This document shows positions 1-5,658 of a stretch of 64,000 bases of DNA, piece after piece. The position numbers were made by a program, and so were the translations under genes. The stretch is taken from positions 24,897 through 88,896 of IMG/VR virus record IMGVR_UViG_3300044641_002513; one strand, given 5' to 3'. Origin of the DNA: a virus. The notes below the pieces were generated by a model, which was given only the letters and a program-made list of their open reading frames with translations, did no database searches and was not told where the DNA came from. The first letter of the stretch is position 1, and the number at the start of each line of letters is the position of its first letter.

Positions 1-81
1 AATCTTTTTAAATAACTTGACATAACTAAGTTTTTGTGTTAATAAATGAGTAAATTATAGCTTAATGAAGTAAACCCTAAA

Positions 82-360
82 TTAATTAGGGTTTTCTTCT
101 ACTAAGCCGTAATATGTTTCTTCTGTCCATTCTCCTGGGTTCAGGCATATACAAAAGAACACTGTATTGAATAGTTCAAATGACCAAACGCTATCATTAA
201 TAACATTAGTCTTTTGATTAATAACCTTTTTATCCATAAGATGAAAAGCCTCAAGATAATCTTGATAATATCTTTCACTAATTGCAGTGTGATTAGGAAA
301 GAATTTAGTAGCTAAACTAATAGCTGAAGTGGTTTGTTTTAAAGGTTTGATAGTTAACAT
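82..360 (-). CDS. small hypothetical early protein
   Basis: 92-aa ORF preceded by TTTAAAACACAACAAT, an A-rich initiation motif shared with neighbouring ORFs. Confidence 0.7.
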   Translation of the reverse strand: MLTIKPLKQTTSAISLATKFFPNHTAISERYYQDYLEAFHLMDKKVINQKTNVINDSVWSFELFNTVFFCICLNPGEWTEETYYGLVEENPN

Positions 361-380
361 ATTGTTGTGTTTTAAAAGAT

Positions 381-467
381 TTAACTTAATTTAATTATTG
401 CAATTACTATACTAATGATAAATACTGTGTAGAAATAGAATAATCCTACTGATGCTTGTCTTTTCAT
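381..467 (-). CDS. 28-aa single-TM microprotein (not in ORF track)
   Basis: Translates as MKRQASVGLFYFYTVFIISIVIAIIKLS*; preceded by TTTTAAAACAAATAAT like the flanking genes and fills the gap between them. Confidence 0.55.
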   Translation of the reverse strand: MKRQASVGLFYFYTVFIISIVIAIIKLS

Positions 468-508
468 ATTATTTGTTTTAAAAATTACTGATTTGGTTAA
501 GAGTGGTA

Positions 509-742
509 CTATAAACCGTACCACTCGTCTAAACTATTGTCTTTTTCATATTCTTTGGCTACCATTTCAAAGAAATTATCTATGAAACCACAACCTTTAT
601 TAACTATTGGTGCTTTGTTAGTAGCAATCAATGTTTCATAATAGTTGATAATGTCTCTTACACTATATCTTGGAAGAATGTCACCGTCTAATAGATTAGT
701 AAATTTGTCTCTTGTTTTCTTTAATGCTTCTTCTTTTGTCAT
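509..742 (-). CDS. small hypothetical early protein
   Basis: 77-aa ORF with TTTAAAACATAAACA before the ATG. Confidence 0.7.
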   Translation of the reverse strand: MTKEEALKKTRDKFTNLLDGDILPRYSVRDIINYYETLIATNKAPIVNKGCGFIDNFFEMVAKEYEKDNSLDEWYGL

Positions 743-777
743 TGTTTATGTTTTAAAGGTTAATAACTAAAATAAAT

Positions 778-891
778 AATACACCACAGTTGTAATAGAA
801 GCATTCCCTGCTTGATTACTTCTACAAGACCTTACGTATACACAGCAGTCCGAAGGTATTACAACTGTCTAACCTAAGTTAGTGGTGTATT
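778..891 (-). ncRNA. candidate structured RNA with nested stems and complementary loops
   Basis: Inverted repeats 778-787/882-891 and 786-797/857-868; two internal hairpins with complementary loops (CUGCU/AGCAG); a G-U pair favours the minus strand. Confidence 0.55.
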
Positions 892-899
892 AATTCTGA

Positions 900-1202
900 T
901 TATTTTAATACTGGCAATTCTTCATAGTGATAACTACTGCTAGTAGTATCTCTCATAGCATGTAAATAGTTACAATAGTCTAATTCAGGATCAGAACTTA
1001 CATAACCATTATCAATACAATGTGATGTATAGTCTTCATAATTAAGAATTTCTTCTTCTATAGTAGACTCTACTATATCAGCAATTTTTTGTTTAGCAAG
1101 TTCTTCAGTGCTATAAACACCAACTATACTAGTTTCAGATTGACAATAATCATCATCTGTATCACGTATAAATGTCCAAAAAACAATGTATACTTTCTTC
1201 AT
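900..1202 (-). CDS. acidic hypothetical phage protein (VYIV...GVYSTEELAK type)
   Basis: 100-aa ORF with an N-terminal beta-strand and GVYSTxExA motif common in small phage early proteins. Confidence 0.75.
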   Translation of the reverse strand: MKKVYIVFWTFIRDTDDDYCQSETSIVGVYSTEELAKQKIADIVESTIEEEILNYEDYTSHCIDNGYVSSDPELDYCNYLHAMRDTTSSSYHYEELPVLK

Positions 1203-1226
1203 AAGTTTAGGTTTAAGTTTATAAAA

Positions 1227-1254
1227 TAAGCAGTTTATAGTCCTGCTTAGGACT
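1227..1254 (-). ncRNA. compact H-type pseudoknot in an intergenic spacer
   Basis: Minus strand AGUCC-UAAGCA-GGACU-AUAAA-CUGCUUA: stem AGUCC/GGACU, and the loop pairs with the downstream UGCUUA. Confidence 0.55.
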
Positions 1255-1259
1255 TTATC

Positions 1260-1460
1260 TTATTCTGGATTCATAAACACTTCATAAGTAGTTTCTGATA
1301 ATCTATCTACTCTATATGGTTTTTTACCATTAAGAATATTATCAGCCCACCACTTATTTTGTTCTCTTATTGACTGTCTTAGTCCAGATTCTCTAAATGA
1401 ATCCATTGATACTTTTAATAAAGCATCTTGTTGTTCTTGAGTTATTGTTATTACTTGCAT
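1260..1460 (-). CDS. small hypothetical early protein (start revised from 1547 to 1460)
   Basis: MQVITIT... start has an AT-rich leader; the longer 1547 start would overlap the ribozyme. Confidence 0.6.
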   Translation of the reverse strand: MQVITITQEQQDALLKVSMDSFRESGLRQSIREQNKWWADNILNGKKPYRVDRLSETTYEVFMNPE

Positions 1461-1502
1461 AATAAATATATTTTTAAGTGAATAAATAAAGTTTCTATAA
1501 GT

Positions 1503-1666
1503 TAATAATCCCTCTGCACTCAACTTGTAGTCAGTAGCTTTTGACATTCAGGATTTTAAATCCATCAGTACTACCTTTGCTGTTTTAAACCAAAGAATAA
1601 AACCATCCTGGCCAGATATACTACAAGTTGTCTACCCTTGGGAAGTGAGAATGGTGCATTACAAAA
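1503..1666 (-). ncRNA. twister-type self-cleaving ribozyme with a large P5 insertion
   Basis: Minus strand UAA-UGCA-CC-AU-UCUCAC-U-UCCC-AA-GG-GUAGA-[CAACUUGUAG...CUACAAGUUG]-AG-UGCA-GA-GGGA. This matches the twister core: UAA cleavage site, P2 UGCA/UGCA, T1 UCCC/GGGA, T2 CC/GG, P4 and P5. P1 is not evident. Confidence 0.75.
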
Positions 1667-1795
1667 GACTAAAAGTTGTAGAGAGAATGCATCAATATCT
1701 CTACCTTTCCAAATTTTTAAATGCATTTCTTCTAACAACCTCACATGTATCCCTACATGTTACAAAGAAAGCTTTTAGTCTTGGTGGATGGTTTT
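1665..1795 (-). ncRNA. multi-stem RNA domain directly upstream of the ribozyme
   Basis: Stems 1665-1675/1772-1782, 1678-1684/1698-1704 and 1743-1749/1754-1760; possible pseudoknot 1686-1692/1721-1727. Confidence 0.5.
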
Positions 1796-1799
1796 TTGT

Positions 1800-1890
1800 A
1801 CTCTCACAAGGTTGCAATCCTTGAAGTATGTGACACATTTGGAATGTACCTAATCGAAAAGGTATTCACATTACCTGCTTGGATGAGAGT
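1800..1890 (-). ncRNA. three-way-junction RNA candidate
   Basis: ACUCUCA/UGAGAGU closing stem, AUGUGA/UCACAU arm, and CAAGG-AUUGCAA-CCUUG hairpin. Confidence 0.55.
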
Positions 1891-1968
1891 AATTAATTAA
1901 GCCATAATATTATTAATATATATGGCTTGAGTATATAAGCAAAGAACCCTAAACGCAAAGCGGTGGTC

Positions 1969-2235
1969 TTAGACCACTGCTTTGAAGAACCCTAACTCGT
2001 TGGGTTTCACGAACTTAACTACACTTAAGTCAACTTTTGCAAGAGCTAACTGTGCTTGTTCGACTGTGATTCCTTGGTTAAGTATCATTGAGCCAAACTC
2101 GGTGATAGTCTTAATGCCTGCGAAGTCAGCAGTACGCTTGAAACATACCATAGTTCTGGTTTCTTTGTCTCCAGTTGGTGCATTGTCAACCCAAACTGGA
2201 ACTGTAATTTCGATAATTTTGTGAATTGTCATCAT
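1969..2235 (-). CDS. first gene of the minus-strand (early) block, hypothetical
   Basis: 88-aa ORF with TTTAAAACACAAAGCT before the ATG. Confidence 0.7.
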   Translation of the reverse strand: MMTIHKIIEITVPVWVDNAPTGDKETRTMVCFKRTADFAGIKTITEFGSMILNQGITVEQAQLALAKVDLSVVKFVKPNELGFFKAVV

Positions 2236-2301
2236 AGCTTTGTGTTTTAAAGTACGGGGTTCATTCCCCGTCCAAAAATAAGCGGGGGTCGTTGACAGTG
2301 C

Positions 2302-2460
2302 TAGTAACCACTTCTGTACGTTCTACAATAAAAAAATAATATAGTAACCACCTCTATACACTCTTAAATATTTTATATAAAAACAGTAACCACTTCTGTA
2401 TTGTCTGGGGGTATAAAAAATATACTAACCACCTCTGCATACTCAAGGGGTATAAAAAAA
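2302..2460. repeat. four imperfect direct repeats, about 40-bp period, core TAACCAC(T/C)TCT
   Basis: Units start at 2302, 2342, 2384 and 2423; GGGGTATAAAAAA follows the last two. Confidence 0.85.
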
Positions 2461-2510
2461 TAAAAAATAAAAAAAAAATAAATATACTGTATTACTAAAT
2501 TTATTTTATC

Positions 2511-2518
2511 TAATTTTG
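2511..2518 (+). promoter_or_regulatory. Bacteroidota-type -7 promoter element
   Basis: TAATTTTG matches TAnnTTTG and lies upstream of a structured non-coding stretch. Confidence 0.4.
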
Positions 2519-2646
2519 GCCTTGTATCCATACTCTATAACACTTAAATTATACAGTATGACCACCCTCAAGTTTTTACGTAGGGGTTAGAAGTTGGATT
2601 ATACTTAGTAACGATTAACATTACATATACTAAGTGGTTTTCTCCG

Positions 2647-2831
2647 ATAGATACAAAAAAGGTTTTTATATAAGTAGATACACAGGATAACACATAGCGA
2701 TTAGTGAGCTGGTGAATTAACACAAAAGGGTTATCCTCTGGTTTTATGGGTTTGCACTTGTATCTATGAAGTTAAAAATTAAAGACTCTAAGTCGGCCCA
2801 AGGTAGGGAAACCCTTATGCCTAATTTTTAA
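2647..2831 (+). ncRNA. candidate structured ncRNA or leader
   Basis: Inverted repeats 2647-2656/2758-2767, 2684-2691/2730-2737 and 2772-2781/2822-2831, plus small hairpins 2784-2794 and 2805-2815; no ORF in the track here. Confidence 0.45.
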
Positions 2832-2983
2832 TACACTCCTACACACTACAAAACAAGTCTTTAAATGTTGTTTGTTTATACGTATTATATAATACATACA
2901 AATAACGTACTCCCAAAACTATGCCTCACCAACACTACTATTGATACGCTTATTATAAATATTTTATAATAACTATTATTTTA

Positions 2984-3013
2984 TTGCTAGTTATTATAAT
3001 ATTATTATATTTG
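2984..3013 (+). promoter_or_regulatory. Bacteroidota housekeeping-sigma-type promoter, leaderless
   Basis: TTG (2984-2986), 19-nt spacer, TATATTTG (3006-3013), ATG at 3018. Confidence 0.7.
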
Positions 3014-3017
3014 CCTT

Positions 3018-3287
3018 ATGATTTTAGTTCATCTAGATACAAATGATAGTATATTACTACTATGTAATGACAAAAGCTTTCATGCTTTATACTACATTAT
3101 TAAACAGATGGACTTAGATACTAATATTTGGTATGCTGATAAGATTAATAAGACTACTATTGCTAATAAGTTAGAAATATCTCTAGCATCACTAGAGAAA
3201 ATGATAGCTTCGTTAAAGAGAAATAATCTTATTAGACCTACATCAAGAGGTGTTTATCAGCTTACAGAATTATTAAGAGACTACTGA
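3018..3287 (+). CDS. winged HTH DNA-binding protein (RepL-like)
   Basis: IANKLEISLASLEKMIASLKRNNLIRPTSRGVYQL follows the wHTH pattern. Confidence 0.7.
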   Translation: MILVHLDTNDSILLLCNDKSFHALYYIIKQMDLDTNIWYADKINKTTIANKLEISLASLEKMIASLKRNNLIRPTSRGVYQLTELLRDY

Positions 3288-3478
3288 TGGTTATTGGAGA
3301 AATTAAATCAGTTCCACTAGAACAACTTCTAATTAAGGAACAAACGCTAAAACAAAAGTTTGGGTTTTATTGTAGACAGCGCAATAAGACCCTTACTTTT
3401 AGCTACTCAGTAGCAACACACGGAGAATTATTATTTACTATTAAAGTTAAATTAAATGACAACAACAGAAAGAGTTAA
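3287..3478 (+). CDS. hypothetical protein
   Basis: 63-aa ORF translationally coupled (TGATG) to the upstream gene. Confidence 0.55.
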   Translation: MVIGEIKSVPLEQLLIKEQTLKQKFGFYCRQRNKTLTFSYSVATHGELLFTIKVKLNDNNRKS

Positions 3479-3863
3479 CTTATTAAAAGAAGTATTAGCA
3501 ACTTCATTTATGTTAGCAACAGAAAAATCAACAGCAAGTGGTATTAGCTTTGCATATAAGTCTGAGTCTATAGAAGTACCTGCTACTAAAGACACACCTG
3601 AGTTTAAAGCATGGCACTTTGATATTATAGTTAAAGAGTTAGGTTATGGAGAACATACTATACAACAGTTTAGATTCCCTCGTCCTAATAATATAGATGC
3701 TAAAAATATGGAGTACCACGTATTAGTAGAAGTTATTGCTTCTCTAACACAGACTTCTTTACTTACTTATTACGAAGTAGGTAAGTTACTTAATACAGAC
3801 AAAGAACTTCAAAAAGAAATTATCCATGAAGCAACAGAAAGTAATTTCACTTCCAACAAATGA
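3456..3863 (+). CDS. hypothetical protein
   Basis: 135-aa ORF in a tightly packed operon. Confidence 0.75.
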   Translation: MTTTERVNLLKEVLATSFMLATEKSTASGISFAYKSESIEVPATKDTPEFKAWHFDIIVKELGYGEHTIQQFRFPRPNNIDAKNMEYHVLVEVIASLTQTSLLTYYEVGKLLNTDKELQKEIIHEATESNFTSNK

Positions 3864-4398
3864 ATCTAAAATCTATAAACAAATTTTAGCATTTATGAAT
3901 TTTCTACTAGACCTTACTCCTCAAGAGAGAGGTGTACTAGCAGAAATCATAAGATTAGATAATGAGTATAGTATGTTGCCTAAAGACAAACGTGCTAAAT
4001 TTATCCTATCGACTGAGATTCGTAAAGAGATTAGAGACAATGTTGATTTAAAAGAAAAGCAGTTTAATGTAGTACTGTCAAGACTAAAGACTAAGACTTT
4101 TTTTGGTAAGCTTATACTTGATGATAACAACTATATACATCCAGATTTATCTTTTAAACCTGATAGTGATGGATTCAAGTTTGAAGTTAACTTTGTAATG
4201 ACTGCTGCTAAACCTAAAACTTTTACAGAGACACTAGGCCAAGAAATAGTTAACACACAAGCCCAAGCAGTAGAAGAATTTGTAATGTCTGGAACACCTG
4301 CTGAACCACCTGCTGAATATAAACACGATGCTTCTAAAGCACTTGTTATAGAAGAAGAAGATTTTGGTATAGAAATATTACCTACTACTAATGATTAA
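3826..4398 (+). CDS. putative HTH-containing protein with acidic tail
   Basis: LTPQERGVLAEI...IRDNVDLKEKQFNVVLSRLKTK resembles a wHTH. Confidence 0.6.
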   Translation: MKQQKVISLPTNESKIYKQILAFMNFLLDLTPQERGVLAEIIRLDNEYSMLPKDKRAKFILSTEIRKEIRDNVDLKEKQFNVVLSRLKTKTFFGKLILDDNNYIHPDLSFKPDSDGFKFEVNFVMTAAKPKTFTETLGQEIVNTQAQAVEEFVMSGTPAEPPAEYKHDASKALVIEEEDFGIEILPTTND

Positions 4399-4648
4399 CC
4401 AACAGCAAGATAATATACTTAAAGAAACAGCTAAAGACTTTGGTATAACCCAAGGTCAAGCTGAAGAAATATTTAGATTATTTTGCAACAGAGTATCAGA
4501 AGAAATAAGTTCTGATCATAAGACTGATGGATTATTTGACACTGCTAAGTTTAAAGTTATCCATATAGACAACTTTGGAAAGTTTATTCCCAATCAACGT
4601 AAAATAAGACATGCTAACTTTTGCTTAACTAAAAAATTAAAACCTTAA
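4391..4648 (+). CDS. HU/IHF-like DNA-binding protein
   Basis: ILKETAKDFGITQGQAEEIF...IHIDNFGKF is the HU/IHF signature. Confidence 0.75.
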   Translation: MINQQQDNILKETAKDFGITQGQAEEIFRLFCNRVSEEISSDHKTDGLFDTAKFKVIHIDNFGKFIPNQRKIRHANFCLTKKLKP

Positions 4649-4650
4649 CA

Positions 4651-4863
4651 ATGAATATTACACTTCCTATTTTCTCTACCAATACTACTATTGACACTAA
4701 GACAAAAGTAAATTGGGACCAAGAAGCTACTCACACAGTTACCTTCTATTCTATAGATGCTATATCTCCTTTTAAGGATACTAGCCACTCTATTATCTAC
4801 TCAGGCGGTAAAGAGTTTATATGTAAATACTCTTACGAAACACTATGGGACAAATTAAAATAA
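4651..4863 (+). CDS. hypothetical protein
   Basis: 70-aa ORF in the operon. Confidence 0.65.
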   Translation: MNITLPIFSTNTTIDTKTKVNWDQEATHTVTFYSIDAISPFKDTSHSIIYSGGKEFICKYSYETLWDKLK

Positions 4864-4864
4864 G

Positions 4865-5386
4865 ATGAAACCTCAACACGAGTTTAGTTTCTGGGATTTA
4901 AACAGAGAGTTGTTGCTTATAGAGCAATTTAACTCTTTGTACACAAAAGATACTACTAAGAATAAAGAAAAAAGTTCTAAGCTGATGTGGGCAATTTACT
5001 TTGCTTACAATCCTGAATCTAAGTTCTTTAACATTCCTGATAAACTTAGTATACTAGCTAAAGACTTGTTAAAAGAACCTAAGTTTAATTGGGAATCTTG
5101 TAAAGATGTAGTAGCTTTATACAAAAGTTCTGTATTAACTGATGCTGAACGAGCGTTAGTTACTTGGGGAGAAATTATAACAATGAGAGACGAGTCACTT
5201 AAAACTTTATACAAAGCTGCTATTCAACAAAATGATACAGATGAGTTAGTTAAGTTAGACAAAATGCTAGCTAATACTCCTAAACTATTTGAAGACTACA
5301 AAAAGATTAAGAAAGATTACGAAGAAGAAAAAGTTACTAAAAAAGGTAAACACAATAAGTCTCTAACTGAGGCTGGAGAAATTTAA
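4865..5386 (+). CDS. helical protein, possible terminase small subunit
   Basis: 173 aa, helical, two genes upstream of TerL; the function is a positional inference only. Confidence 0.45.
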   Translation: MKPQHEFSFWDLNRELLLIEQFNSLYTKDTTKNKEKSSKLMWAIYFAYNPESKFFNIPDKLSILAKDLLKEPKFNWESCKDVVALYKSSVLTDAERALVTWGEIITMRDESLKTLYKAAIQQNDTDELVKLDKMLANTPKLFEDYKKIKKDYEEEKVTKKGKHNKSLTEAGEI

Positions 5387-5397
5387 TACTTAAGACA

Positions 5398-5658
5398 ATG
5401 GATAGCATTTGGGAAAATAAATCAAAAATTCTAGAAGGTATTAAAAATACCGTAGCTAAAAATAAATTTGTAAAAGAAGTAGCTAAGGAAAGACATCTAA
5501 TATGTCAAGGTTGTATACACTTGTCTACAGATTGTCCTCCTTTAGTTAAAGAATGTTGTGCTGAATGTGGTTGTTCTGTAAAATTTAAGACCCACAGCCT
5601 AGCTTCAAGTTGTCCTATTAATAAATGGCCTGCAATAGAAACAAATGATAATAAATAA
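5398..5658 (+). CDS. Cys-rich zinc-binding protein
   Basis: CxxC...C...CCxxCGC...K...CP..KW pattern. Confidence 0.7.
   Translation: MDSIWENKSKILEGIKNTVAKNKFVKEVAKERHLICQGCIHLSTDCPPLVKECCAECGCSVKFKTHSLASSCPINKWPAIETNDNK

Noticed and set aside
1227-1254. Pistol ribozyme or preQ1-I riboswitch
   Set aside because: No P2/P3 or GU cleavage strand for pistol; the loop lacks the preQ1-I conserved nucleotides and no queuosine gene follows.
1461-1547. N-terminal extension of ORF 1260..1547
   Set aside because: It overlaps the ribozyme core; the ATG at 1460 has the better initiation context.
1540-1575. Hammerhead core inside the twister insert (CUGAUG...hairpin...UGAA)
   Set aside because: Lacks the exact CUGANGA and GAAA elements, and no stems I and III with an NUH site can be drawn.
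1800-1890. SAM-I riboswitch (AUC...GCAACC words)
   Set aside because: No GAU partner for P1, no kink-turn P2 or pseudoknot, and no P4.
2302-2460. Mini CRISPR array
   Set aside because: Repeats are short, degenerate and non-palindromic; spacers are A-rich and partly repeat each other; no cas genes in the window.
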